From positions 68,260-132,259 of the forward strand of contig JBAYIY010000003.1 in NCBI GenBank assembly GCA_041665365.1: a stretch of DNA of 64,000 nucleotides. The letters are read 5' to 3'. Below the pieces are notes generated by a model. That model made no database searches. It saw only the letters and a program-made list of their open reading frames with translations, and was not told where the DNA came from. Of this stretch, positions 30,058-41,900 are shown in pieces. The number at the start of each line of letters is the position of its first letter. Within the stretch, counting starts at the first letter, position 1. Position numbers and translations under genes: made by a program. Source of the DNA: Patescibacteria group bacterium (GTDB lineage: Bacteria > Patescibacteriota > Patescibacteriia > UBA9570).

Positions 30058-32475
30058 ATGAAACTTATCCTTTGGTTCAAAGAACTAACTATCCAAGACG
30101 TTCCCGTGGTCGGAGGCAAGAATGCTTCGCTCGGTGAAATGTATCAAAAATTAGCCAGTCAAGGGGTGCGGGTGCCTAATGGGTATGCCATTACGGCCGA
30201 AGCCTACGAGTATTTTGTTGAAAAATCTGGCGTGAAGAAAAAAATTTATGATATTCTACAAACTCTCAATACTCATGATTTAAAAAATCTGCAAGATCAT
30301 GGTCACCGTGTGCGTGAAACAATCATGGCTGCCGAATTACCAGAAGATTTAAAAACTGAGATTGAAACTAGTTACATTGAATTGTGCCGCTTAGAAAATA
30401 ACGGTGCTGAGATGGATGTAGCGGTGCGCAGTTCAGCCACAGCGGAAGATCTGCCGGATGCCTCGTTTGCCGGACAGCAAGAAACTTTTTTGAATATTCG
30501 TGGCGCGCATGATGTCATCGATGCCACCAAACGGTGTATGGCCTCATTGTTTACCAATCGGGCTATTTCTTATCGGGCGGATAAAGGCTATGATCATTTT
30601 AATGTCTCGTTGTCAGTGGGTGTGCAAAAAATGGTGCGCTCGGATGAAGCTGGTTCTGGTGTGATGTTCTCGATCGATACTGAATCTGGTTTTAAAAATG
30701 CCGTTTTGATCAACGCCGCTTATGGTTTAGGTGAAATGGTCGTGCAAGGTAAAGTTGAACCGGATGAGTACTATGTGTTTAAACCCACCTTACTCGATGG
30801 TGTTAAAGTCTCCGGTGAACAAATCACTTTCAAATATCGTCCGATTGTTGGTAAATCACGTGGGCACAAGGAAGATAAGATGATTTATAGTGTGGAAGGC
30901 AATTCACCGGTGCGTGAAGTGCCAGTATCTGAAGAAGATCGCAAAAAGTTCGTGTTAACCGATGATGAAGTTTTACAGTTGGCTTATTGGGCATGTTTGA
31001 TTGAGCAACATTACCAAAAACCGATGGACATGGAATGGGCTAAAGACGGTATCAACGGCAAGTTGTATATCGTGCAAGCTCGCCCTGAAACTGTACACTC
31101 GCAAGGTGATGTAAAAATTCTCGAAGAATATTTGATGAAAGGTAAGGGTAAGACTTTAGTGGAAGGGGTGTCAGTCGGTTCCAAAATTGGTCAAGGGAGC
31201 GTACGGGTTTTGAAGGATACCAGTCACATTCACGATTTCAAAGCCGGCGAAGTATTAGTGACAGAAATCACCGATCCAGATTGGGAGCCGATTATGAAGA
31301 TTGCCTCGGCTATTGTGACCAACTCCGGTGGTCGCACGTCACATGCGGCGATTGTATCACGTGAATTAGGTATTCCTTGCGTCGTTGGTACCAAAAAAGC
31401 TACTACTACATTAACTACTGGGCAAGCCGTGACCGTGTCTTGTGCGGAAGGCGAACGTGGTTATGTCTATGAGGGCTTAGTACCATTTGAGGTTAAGCGC
31501 ACTGATCTTGGTGTGATTACTCCACCCAAAACTGACATTATGCAAATTGTGGGCGATCCATCACGCGCCTTTGATTTTTGTATGATCCCAAATCGAGGGG
31601 TTGGCTTAGCCCGGTTAGAAATGATTATTTTAAATGCCATTAAAGTTCATCCTTTAGCTTTATTACATTTTGATGAACTAAAAGATGAAACCGTTAAAAC
31701 TGAAATTGCCGAATTAACACGGTTATACAAAGTGAAATCAGATTTCTTTGTGGATCTTTTAGCTACCGGGGTTGGTCGCATTGCTGCAGCTTACTATCCA
31801 AATCAAGTGATTGTTCGTTTATCTGATTTTAAGTCGAACGAGTATGCCAACTTAGTAGGTGGTAAACAATTCGAACCGCACGAAGAAAATCCCATGATCG
31901 GTTGGCGCGGCGCATCACGTTATTACTCGGCTGAGTATAAAGATGCTTTTGCCTTAGAATGTCAAGCTATGAAACGCGTGCGCAATGAGATGGGTTTAAC
32001 CAATATGAAGTTAATGATCCCATTCTGCCGTACACCAGAAGAAGGTCGTAAAGTAATTAAAGTAATGGAAGAGAATGGACTAAAACAAGGGGAGAATGGT
32101 TTAGAAGTTTATATGATGTGTGAGATTCCATCTAATGTGATTTTAGCTGATGAATTCATTAAAATTTTTGATGGCTTCTCCATTGGCTCAAATGATCTTA
32201 CTCAACTCACATTAGGATTAGATCGAGATTCTGGCTATGTGTCTCATATTTATGATGAGCGTAATCCAGCTGTGAAAATACTGTTGGGTCAGGCGATTAA
32301 ATCTGTTCATGCCGCTGGTAAAAAAATTGGTATCTGTGGTCAAGCCCCATCAGATTTTCCTGAGATTGCAGAATTTTTAGTCGAACAAGGTATTGATACC
32401 ATTTCGGTTACACCGGATACTGGTCTAAAAACCTGGACAAACATTTCCGCCTTCGAAAAGAAAATTGGGAGATAG
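30058..32475 (+). CDS. ppsA: Phosphoenolpyruvate synthase (pyruvate, water dikinase)
   Basis: The N-terminus ILWFKELTIQDVPVVGGKNASLGEM matches PpsA. The phospho-His domain (GGRTSHAAIVSRELGIPCVVG) and the C-terminal PEP-utilising domain are present. The ATG at 30058 is preferred. Confidence 0.85.
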   Translation: MKLILWFKELTIQDVPVVGGKNASLGEMYQKLASQGVRVPNGYAITAEAYEYFVEKSGVKKKIYDILQTLNTHDLKNLQDHGHRVRETIMAAELPEDLKTEIETSYIELCRLENNGAEMDVAVRSSATAEDLPDASFAGQQETFLNIRGAHDVIDATKRCMASLFTNRAISYRADKGYDHFNVSLSVGVQKMVRSDEAGSGVMFSIDTESGFKNAVLINAAYGLGEMVVQGKVEPDEYYVFKPTLLDGVKVSGEQITFKYRPIVGKSRGHKEDKMIYSVEGNSPVREVPVSEEDRKKFVLTDDEVLQLAYWACLIEQHYQKPMDMEWAKDGINGKLYIVQARPETVHSQGDVKILEEYLMKGKGKTLVEGVSVGSKIGQGSVRVLKDTSHIHDFKAGEVLVTEITDPDWEPIMKIASAIVTNSGGRTSHAAIVSRELGIPCVVGTKKATTTLTTGQAVTVSCAEGERGYVYEGLVPFEVKRTDLGVITPPKTDIMQIVGDPSRAFDFCMIPNRGVGLARLEMIILNAIKVHPLALLHFDELKDETVKTEIAELTRLYKVKSDFFVDLLATGVGRIAAAYYPNQVIVRLSDFKSNEYANLVGGKQFEPHEENPMIGWRGASRYYSAEYKDAFALECQAMKRVRNEMGLTNMKLMIPFCRTPEEGRKVIKVMEENGLKQGENGLEVYMMCEIPSNVILADEFIKIFDGFSIGSNDLTQLTLGLDRDSGYVSHIYDERNPAVKILLGQAIKSVHAAGKKIGICGQAPSDFPEIAEFLVEQGIDTISVTPDTGLKTWTNISAFEKKIGR

Positions 32476-32535
32476 ATTCTCTGATATATTTTCATAATGA
32501 AGTTATGAGCATGATTATATGCTATACTGCTCATT

Positions 32536-33342
32536 ATGCAACAACGCAAAACAATTGGATTAGCCTTAGGCGGTGGCGGAGTTCGTGGTATGGCACACGT
32601 TGGAGTATTACAAGTTTTGTTAGAAAACAATATTCCCATAGATTATATTGCCGGTACCAGCGTTGGTTCATTTATGGCCTCTCATTTTGCTATCCATCAA
32701 GATGTGGCGGCACTGGAGAAATTATCTTTGGGTTATAGAAGAGATAAATTCTTTTCGCTGCTTGAACCAACCTGGCGAGGAGGTTTTGTGAAAGGGGTAA
32801 AAGTGGAACGATTTCTAAAAAAATGGTTGGGAGTAGAGGAGTTTGCTGATGCCAGTATACCATTAGCGGTGGTGGCCACAGATTTGTTAACGGGTGATCC
32901 GGTGATATTTAAGTCCGGGCTGTTAATTCCAGCCGTGCGCGCTAGTATTTCTATTCCATTATTTTTACAACCCTTTCACTTCGATGGCCGTTGGCTAGTC
33001 GATGGTTGGTTAAGTTATCCGATACCCGATCGGGTGGTCAGAGAGATGGGGGCTGATATTGTGATCAGTGTTGATCTAGAAGATTATAAAATGTCACCAC
33101 AGGTGGAACACTATAAGCCAACTTGGCGCGATACCGCTTGGCGCAGTATGATTATAATTAGAAAAAATTTATCTGTTTGTACTACTACTCATACGGATGT
33201 TTTGATCCAACCGCAAATTGCTGAGATTGGCCATGTGGCTTGGAAAAAATATTTCACTAATCATCCTGTGCGCGATATGATTGAGAGTGGTCGAGCCGCG
33301 GCTGAGAAAAAACTACCAGAGATTCGTAAGCTTCTTGCATAG
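32536..33342 (+). CDS. Patatin-like phospholipase
   Basis: The oxyanion motif GLALGGGGVRGMAHVGVL and the lipase motif GTSVGS (GxSxG) are present. Confidence 0.8.
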   Translation: MQQRKTIGLALGGGGVRGMAHVGVLQVLLENNIPIDYIAGTSVGSFMASHFAIHQDVAALEKLSLGYRRDKFFSLLEPTWRGGFVKGVKVERFLKKWLGVEEFADASIPLAVVATDLLTGDPVIFKSGLLIPAVRASISIPLFLQPFHFDGRWLVDGWLSYPIPDRVVREMGADIVISVDLEDYKMSPQVEHYKPTWRDTAWRSMIIIRKNLSVCTTTHTDVLIQPQIAEIGHVAWKKYFTNHPVRDMIESGRAAAEKKLPEIRKLLA

Positions 33343-33428
33343 ATACACATCAGCGATCCTCTATTTGACCTTTTCTCCCACTTCTATTACAGTACCACTA
33401 TTCTTAATTCTTAATTCTCGTTATTTTT

Positions 33429-33818
33429 ATGGATCAAACTCCAACCAACTTGCAACCAAACCCAACCACGAACACAGTAGAACAACCCGAGGTAAAACCA
33501 GAAGTTAAAACCGGTGCTGTCATTAATGAAGCGACTGCCACTACCACCGGCGAATTATCCGGCGGGAGTCAAGCGGCGATTGGTGTAGGAATTGGGGTTG
33601 GTAATATTTGTTGCGGGCAAGTTTGTTATGCCTGTCCAACTTTATTATCATCAGCCATTGGTATTATTTTATACGCTGTGTGGCATAAAGAGAAACCAAA
33701 AACTGCCAAGAATATCCTCATAGTGACACTCGTCACCGGTGCCATTGGTTTTGCTATTTTTGCCTTACTTTTGGCTTTTGGTATGATCGGTTCAATGATG
33801 AGCAATTTTAACTATTAG
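33429..33818 (+). CDS. Small membrane protein with a disordered N-terminus
   Basis: The 129-aa product has a Thr/Pro-rich N-terminus followed by two or three hydrophobic helices. Confidence 0.3.
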   Translation: MDQTPTNLQPNPTTNTVEQPEVKPEVKTGAVINEATATTTGELSGGSQAAIGVGIGVGNICCGQVCYACPTLLSSAIGIILYAVWHKEKPKTAKNILIVTLVTGAIGFAIFALLLAFGMIGSMMSNFNY

Positions 33819-33825
33819 TTTTGGA

Positions 33826-34170
33826 GTGTTACAGTATTTTTGGCATTGTCATCGGTTACAGAACAGATCATTTTTCTATAAAGGTAAACAATTTCCGGTC
33901 TGTGCGCGCTGCACCGGTGTCTGGCTTGGGTACCTATTTGGTCTTCTGGTAATTATTATTTTTACTTTACCGTGGTGGGTTGGGTTGATTTTATTAATCC
34001 CAGCACTGCTGGATGGTGGTACGCAATTACTTAATCTTAGAACCAGTACTAACGATTTACGGTTCACCACTGGTTTGATACTGGGTGTAGGAGAGATGAT
34101 TCTATTCGGTGTAGCGGCGCGTTGGACGATAACATTAGGCTACTGGCTCGGCCAAAATTTCTTTCAATAA
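33826..34170 (+). CDS. DUF2085-like membrane protein
   Basis: The motif CHRLQNRSFFYKGKQFPVCARCTGVWLGY is characteristic of the DUF2085 family. The start is a GTG. Confidence 0.45.
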   Translation: MLQYFWHCHRLQNRSFFYKGKQFPVCARCTGVWLGYLFGLLVIIIFTLPWWVGLILLIPALLDGGTQLLNLRTSTNDLRFTTGLILGVGEMILFGVAARWTITLGYWLGQNFFQ

Positions 34171-34722
34171 ATCATTCACTCCAGTTTTAGTTTTTGATGA
34201 GTAAGGAATAATTAAATGACCCGGTAACTGTGCGCGCAGGTTGGCCATTTGTTGGGCAAAATCAGGTTGTCTAATTTTATCAATTTTGTTCGCGATCACA
34301 ACCACATCTTTATCATGTTCGTCTAAGCGGGCCAGCATTTCCAAATCTAAATCAGTCGGCCCAAGGTAGGCGTCAATAATTAAGACCACTTTTTTTTGAA
34401 TGTATGGGCCTTTGAACAAATGCCAGTTAATTAATTTCTGTAACCAGACCTGATCTTTTTTTGACACTTTGGCATAGCCATAACCAGGTAAATCTAAAAA
34501 GTAAATCTTTTTATTGATCAAAAATAAATTAATTTCTTGAGTTCTGCCCGGTGTTCGGCTAACACGCGCTAATTTTTTATTATGGGTTAAAGAGTTAATA
34601 ATAGTAGATTTACCAGCATTAGATCGGCCAATGAAAGCCACTTGCGGCACAGCATCATCCAATATTTCAGTAGTGCCGACAATTCCTTGAATGAATTTAG
34701 CAGAGGTAATAGGCATAGGCAT
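34135..34722 (-). CDS. engB: Ribosome biogenesis GTPase YsxC/EngB
   Basis: G1 is AFIGRSNAGKSTIINSL, G3 is DLPGYG and G4 is NKIDK. Confidence 0.85.
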   Translation of the reverse strand: MPMPITSAKFIQGIVGTTEILDDAVPQVAFIGRSNAGKSTIINSLTHNKKLARVSRTPGRTQEINLFLINKKIYFLDLPGYGYAKVSKKDQVWLQKLINWHLFKGPYIQKKVVLIIDAYLGPTDLDLEMLARLDEHDKDVVVIANKIDKIRQPDFAQQMANLRAQLPGHLIIPYSSKTKTGVNDLLKEILAEPVA

Positions 34723-34762
34723 TGAGTATACACTTTAACGGTGAACGAGTATACTGGTCTGC

Positions 34763-35257
34763 ATGTATTTATTATTACTCATAATTGGTGAGGGCGTAGT
34801 CTACCTGGGGTTGGTTTATGGTTTTTCTATTTTTTTCGAAAAAGCCAAACGGCATAATATTAAAACCAAGCTGTCTTCTATACTGATAATAATGGCCAGC
34901 AGTAGTACTGCAATTATCATCAGCAATTTAATTCCAAATGAAGCACTGGGTAATCGTTTTCAACATTCCATTGGGGGTGGGTTTATCGGTCTGTTGATTT
35001 GTTTTTTGGCCGCGAAAGATTCCGCGGTGAAAATTAACCGTTTACAGTTTGCCGTGTTTAGTTTTTTAATCACCATCACATTAGGAACATTTAACGAAAA
35101 CGCTGAGTTTTATTTGCAAAATTATTGGTACGAAACTTTATATCTAGTTTTTTCCAGAACGGTGAATGATACGTGGTTAGATCTGGTTAGTAACGCCGTT
35201 GGTGCAATATTAGGAGTGATTTGTTTTGTACCATTTTTTCCTGAACGGAAAAAGTAA
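34763..35257 (+). CDS. Hypothetical membrane protein
   Basis: The 164-aa product has 4-5 hydrophobic helices. Confidence 0.3.
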   Translation: MYLLLLIIGEGVVYLGLVYGFSIFFEKAKRHNIKTKLSSILIIMASSSTAIIISNLIPNEALGNRFQHSIGGGFIGLLICFLAAKDSAVKINRLQFAVFSFLITITLGTFNENAEFYLQNYWYETLYLVFSRTVNDTWLDLVSNAVGAILGVICFVPFFPERKK

Positions 35258-35305
35258 TAGGTTTTACTCACATGCTTTACCATGTTATAATAATATTATA
35301 TTTAT

Positions 35306-35875
35306 ATGGTAAAGAAAAAAATAATAAAACAAGTTTTATTCACAAGTATTTTGTTGTTGACCATTGTACCGACAATTACACAAGCAAAGAATTTATTGCA
35401 TAATGGTAACTTTAAATCAATGAGATATTGGGTGATTTCTGGAAAATGTCAAAGAAATCCTGATACTTGTATTCGCGAAAGAATTCCGACAGACTTAAAT
35501 AAGTACAGAGCAGTTTCGCATTATTTCCGCTTTGGTCATGTTAATACAACCGATTCAATTTCTCAAATTGTTAAACTTAGTAAACACAAACTGAAATTAA
35601 AATTTAAATTAAAATTCTTCAATACGTCTGGGAAACACTATAAAAGTGATTTATTTAGCATTATTGTAACCGGTAAAGGGATTGATCGTAGTTGGCGGAA
35701 AGATATTGCATACAATCCCAAAAAACATGGTTGGCAGCAACTAGATTACAATTTGCATAAAATTGCTAAAATAAATCAAGGTGAAGATATTGTTGTTAGT
35801 TTTTTTGTGAAAAATAATAATAGGGGCTTAAGTAAAGCACAAATTACAAATGTTAGATTAATACAGAGTAATTAA
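35306..35875 (+). CDS. Secreted hypothetical protein
   Basis: It has a signal peptide (MVKKKIIKQVLFTSILLLTIVPTITQA) and is Lys-rich. Confidence 0.35.
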   Translation: MVKKKIIKQVLFTSILLLTIVPTITQAKNLLHNGNFKSMRYWVISGKCQRNPDTCIRERIPTDLNKYRAVSHYFRFGHVNTTDSISQIVKLSKHKLKLKFKLKFFNTSGKHYKSDLFSIIVTGKGIDRSWRKDIAYNPKKHGWQQLDYNLHKIAKINQGEDIVVSFFVKNNNRGLSKAQITNVRLIQSN

Positions 35876-35901
35876 TTGATGCAAAGCTTGTTAGAGGCCA
35901 T

Positions 35902-38900
35902 TTAGAAAGTACCAGTCATAATGTAGGTAATATCAGTGGTGTAGGTGCCGGGTTCGGTGGTGGAAGCAATGTTGGCTAGATAGTAAGCGCTGATGGTTTC
36001 TGTTGTGGTAGTACCAAGCTCACTAAAGAACGGAGTAGTTGCTCCAGCGACGAATTTATATTCAGGTGCACCACCCGTAGCATTATAATCGGCAACGATA
36101 GAACCATCACCATTCGTAGTGATACCAAAGGCAAACTGTTCACTGTTCGGTGAACCATCCGTATCATTTGTAACCGTGGCAGCACTAATGGTGTCTAAAT
36201 CGGTATTGGTGAGTGTAGTGCCAAGATATGTTATAACATACCCACTGGCGGCACTACTAAAGATGGTGAAAGTATGAGCAACGGTTGGGGTAGTGTCAAA
36301 ACCGACTAAATCTCCAGTGGCAAACCGGGCGTTGGACGTGGTCAGATCGCCAAAACCAACCGTAGTGTCGCTGATGGCGAATGTAAGAGATTCAAAATTC
36401 CAACAGGTGTTTCCTGTAGAATTAAGATTAGAAACAGCCGTACCATCTATGTTGGGTGCTTGTCCACAAGCATCAGAATCTTTGACATCAGTATTATATA
36501 TTGAACGAGTACCAACAACGTTTAGGTTCCAATCTGTCGCGGCGATAGAGCTACGTAAGGCTACGCGGGTAGTAATGGTCTGTCCGTTGAAAGAGACGTT
36601 TTGGAATGTGTATGTTCCCCCAGCTAGAAAACGAAGTTTAGTACTGGCCGTCGTTGCCGTGAAGTTACCGGCTGTAGTGGCCGAGGCAGAAAAAATGACA
36701 GATGGTGATACGTCTGGATCAGTGCCTGATGTATTGGTGATGGTTAGATTATTAAAATCAGAGCTACCAGTCATTGTACCATCGAGAGTTTGTTGTGAAC
36801 CTCCAGCTAGGGTGACTGTACTAGAGTTATCGGTGAAGGTTCCAGAATTTGTGTAATTTCCATTGATATTCAACTGGTTTGTACTGTTCGCGGATAGGGT
36901 GGTGCCAGCTCCTATGGTGAGCGCACCGGCAATGGTGGTAGTAGGATCACTAACGTTAAGTTCTAAAGTTTCCGTACCAGCTCCGGAGCGAGAGAGATCA
37001 AGGGTAGATGAAAAGTTCAGTGTCCCTGCAGCCGCGGTTACCGCCCGAGCGACTCCGCTACTGTTATAAATTTCTACTGCACCACCGTATGTTCGAGCAC
37101 CCATAGCTTGGCTATTATTGACTGAATCAAAACGTAACACAGCGGAGATGGTGCCAGTGGTAGGGAAGTTGGTTGGGCTTTGATACGTCAGTTTCCCAGC
37201 CCCAGAAATGGTACCATTCAAGATTAATGTTGCACCACTGTGCGTAAGTACAACACCTGAACTTAAGGCCAACGAATCACCTGTATCGACGTTCAGCGTG
37301 TTTGTCACAGAAGTACTATTTGATAGAGTTGTGGCAGCAGAACTAGCAGTACCAATGATTAAGTTATAAAAATTCAGAGTTGGTGTAGTCCCGCCGCCAA
37401 TCGAACCTGTTCCGGTCATGGTCACAGTAGGTGTACCGGCAGATTTTGTGACGATAGCCGACGTTCCAGCTGTTGTAATATCTCCACCGGTTACAGCAGT
37501 GTCTGCATCAATGTTAAGCGTGGCACCGCCATCCACCAAAAGATCTCCGGCAATGGTATTTGTTGCGGTATCTAGATAAGCCGTAGCATTATCATCCACA
37601 TGCATATTTGCACTAGTAGTAGTAACCGTGCCACCCGGATCATATGATTTACTATCTTTAATATGTAATTCCATGCCGGAATCAACAGCTATATTGCTTC
37701 CAGTCATCCCATAAAGAATACCAGCGTCACCATTATCGGCGGTGATTAAGTTCGCATTAGTGATGGGTCCAGCGCTTTCGTGTGTCAGCACAACTCGGTC
37801 GCGGTAAATATCCAAATTACTAATAGCAGATCCATCAGCTGCCAGTGTAATGGTTGTGCCATCGGGCGTTTCTCCGCTATCAATAAATACGACAACTGGT
37901 TGCCCGGCTGCTGGTGTAGTAGCTGTTACCGTATATGCACCAGTATCTGCAGAACAGCTGCCATCTGCATTAGCTCCGCCGTTTACTGATACATGAATAG
38001 TTAATGGATCGGCGTTACAATCGTAGACTGTGGATTCGTTTGTGCCGCGGATAAATCCTGTAATGGCAACTCCCGCGGTACAGGTCCAATTCGTGTTACC
38101 AGAATCGCAATAGTTTGTCCCATTAGTCGCGTCAATCACTGCTCCGGAAAGGGTTGCGTTAGAATCCTTGACATTGGTATTGGAAACAGACCGTGTGCCA
38201 GTGGCCGCAAGCAGCCAAGCTGATCCGGTGGAAGAAGAGCGTAGAAATACTCTGGATGAGATGTCCAACCCATCAAACATAATATTGGTCAGTGTATAGG
38301 TGGAGGTAGCATTGAAACGAATTTTTACATTCGCTTCGGTTGCGGTAAAGGTACCGGCCGTGGTGGCCGCAGTAGAAAAAATAACAGAAGGAGAAGCATC
38401 AGGGTCAATACCAGAATTATTCGTAATAGTCAAAGCATTAAAATCAGAGGTGCCAGTCATAGTCCCGGCCATAGTTTGTTGGCTACCACCAACCAGAGAT
38501 ACAGTTCCAGAATTGTCCGTGAAAGTTCCATTATTGGTGTAATTCCCGCTAAGATTCAATGTGGCCGGAGCGCTAAACACAGTTGTTGCACCTATCGTCA
38601 GGTCGCTAGCAACTGCCGTAGTTCCGGTCGCTGCACTTAAATCAGTCGTTACCTCTCCGGCTCCACCGGCGGCAGTTGTAAGCGTTGAGGAAAAGATATA
38701 ATTCCCAGCCGCGGCTGTGATGGATTTGGCTGCTCCATTATTAGCGTAGAGTTCAACTGCCCCGCCGTATGTTCGTGCATCAAAGGTAGTATTAGCTATG
38801 CTGGCGGTACTAGCATCGTATCTCACCACAGATGACAAGGTACCAACCGCTCCAGGACCACTTGAGGTATTAAGGATGCGCAATGTGCCGGTACCAGAAA

Positions 38901-41900
38901 TTGTCCCATTCAAAGTCAGTGTAACTCCGCTGTGTGTCAGCATGACCGTGGTGATGGTAAGAATGTCGCTGGTATCAACATTAATAGTACCGGCAGCTGT
39001 ACAATTATCTGTTTGCATAGTCCAGGTGCCACTACCATCGCTGCCAATAAAGGTCACACTACTAAATGAAGAGGTTCCGCACTCTATCGTGTTATCAGTA
39101 TCGGCCGCATCAAAAATGACAGTTCCACTGGAATGCGTAAACGTCGCATTGTTATCCCAGTTACCACCTACATTAAATGTTCCAGTACCAGATGCAATCA
39201 GAGTGGCAGCGGCTGAAATAGTGATATTACCATTCACATCAAAGGTTGGATCATTTGTGTCTAAATTAAAAATACCGGCCGTGGCACTATCACCGACCAC
39301 CAAATTACCCAATACTGAAAACGTTCCACCACCGTTGGCATGAAAAGTGACCGCGCCGCTCGGCCGTACGCTCAAATTCCAATAGGATTCAAGTTGAATA
39401 TCCGTGGCTGCGTTACCAATGAAATCCACAGTTGAGTTTGTTCCCTCGTTTAAGGTGCCGGAGACAATAAATGGACGAGAAGCACCTTGCCCAGAACCAG
39501 TCAGGGTAAGGGTATAGCCAGATGATCCTAGTGCTAATGTGTCACCCGTTGTGACATCAACCTTCGTTGCTCGAGCATTCCCTGTTAATGTCACTGTTGA
39601 TGGTGCACCATTGATGGAAACTAAGCCAATATCTTGCCCAGATGAAGCATCAGACCAATTAGCTGCTCCGCCGTCAAATGTCCAGGTAGCGGTTCCGTTA
39701 TCGGCTTTAGTGACCAAGCCACTGGCGCCGATAGTTACGTTACCGGTCGTAGTTACATTCGGGTCGAGCACGGCCAAATCCAAGTCACCGTCCGTGATGG
39801 TAAAAGTACCGTTCACATCCAGATTGCCATCAACGTTCAGATCATCTGTTGCACCAGCACTGCCGGTGTTATTAAGTGTAATATCTTGGTAGGTCTCAGC
39901 GCCCGTCGTAAATGTTTGAGCGGCCGACGTGCTGTTGAATGTAATAATACCGCCGGTGGTAGCAGTGTATGCCGCGGAACCCGCCACAATAAAATCTCCG
40001 GACACGGTGATGCTGTTGTTATTTGCAGTCCAATTGCCAACGCCAGTCGTCGCAGTATCGCCGATTTCGATGTGAGTGGAAGTCACATCACCGCCGCCAG
40101 CAGAAGCCGGTTGGAAGGTATCGCCATCATCAATGTATAATTCTTCCTGACTAGATTGTGCTTCCGCATCCACCGTTAGATCGTTATCGACACTGACATC
40201 CCAAAACACATCGTCATCGCCGATAGCAACTGAATTGTCATAGACACCAACATCGCCATTGGTGATAGTTTGACCATCGACACTACCAATAGTGAGGTGT
40301 TCCTTAAACAAAGGGATGTTCGTCATGTCACCACTGCCATCGTATTTCGCCACTGCCCCGGATCGATCGGACATACTAGCAGCCGCATCAACCCATACCG
40401 TTACGATTTGACCGGTGGTAACTGTGACACCAGTGACTTCCCATGTACCAGCAATCACAGTATCTTCTTGCGCTTGCACACTGCCATCCACTGCTACTTT
40501 AATTGTACCGATATCTGTACAGTCAGTAGATTGGTCGAACGCATCACATGTTCCTGAAACGGTGACGGTGGGTGCTACTAATGTAGTAGCTCCTGAAATT
40601 TCTCGATCGTAAGCTGGGCCGATGCCTCCAGTGGATACTGCTACATCCGTTGATGGGGTGGTAATTTCTAATTCAACGGTTTCACCAGCCGAGGCCCCAG
40701 ATGTGATATCTAGCACTACATAGACACACATGGTAGAGGTCGGTGTGATTGCGACAGAACCAGTGAAGGTTGATGTGCCATCAGCACTACTGAACCCATC
40801 GGTATCAGTAGAGCCGTATTGCGTTTCTGTACCGGCAAATGATTCACTCGAACAATTATAAGGAGCGCTGGTGTCCGGCTCGTAATAGAGTTTGATGTTA
40901 TCCAAATCAGCTTGAGCATCCACCGTGCCATACTCAGTAATCATGATACTGGTAATGTTGGCAGTGGCAAGTGACTCGTTGATGGAGAAGGCTCCACCCA
41001 TGGAATTACCCGTTGTGTTAATAGTGACAGAAGAGGTTTGTGTACCTAACACGTTGACATTGGCGGTGTTAGAAGCCCGAAAGGCAAAGTCATATGGCTT
41101 GGTCGGCAATGATGTGGTAAGCGTCGCACCGGTAGACAAATCTGCTTCCCAAGCTCCCATGGTGGCTGTTTGGGTTAACCAAGTGCCGGTGGAAGCACCA
41201 TTCCACAGTTGGGATTCAGGTACTAAATCCAGTGTAAGGTCTTCCGCATTGAGCATGATTTTGTCTGATGATGGATCTGGAGAAAGATCAATACCCGACG
41301 GAACGTCAGCCCAAACCCCCAAACCTGAACACGGCCCATTCGAATCTTCTGCCGCTGATAAGTTGGTGACTTGTTCAGTGGTACCGGCTCCGCCTTCAGT
41401 TAACAAACAGAGTGAAGCATCGTCTATGGTCTGGAATTGCCCGGCCGACACATCAAATACCATCCAACGTAGTGCTGTTTCAGATGTAGTCCCGTCACGC
41501 CAAGCAAACAAGGCTCGATCCCCACCACCTTGCTCCCATTCCACATCTATCCCCTGGGCAAAGCCATTACTGTTAATGTCAACGTCCATGGTGGTAGGCT
41601 GTGTAATGGTTGTCCAATCTGAACCGTTCCACATGTCCACATTCATGTCAGCCGTATTGGTAGAGGCAGTGTCCTGCACAATCACGGCAATATAGTCGTT
41701 ATTTGGGCTGTCCGCGATCCGTAACCACTGCACAGCAGCCCCAGGATCTGTCATGCCAGTAGTGTCCGACCAACCGCTGCCCACGGTGTAGGTTGAAGCG
41801 TCAATAAACGGCGCTGCAGTGACATCGCCATACACAATCATACCCTCACCAGAGGAACCTTCCCAAGCAACGTCAAAATCTTGGCGTGTGGAGAGGCCAT

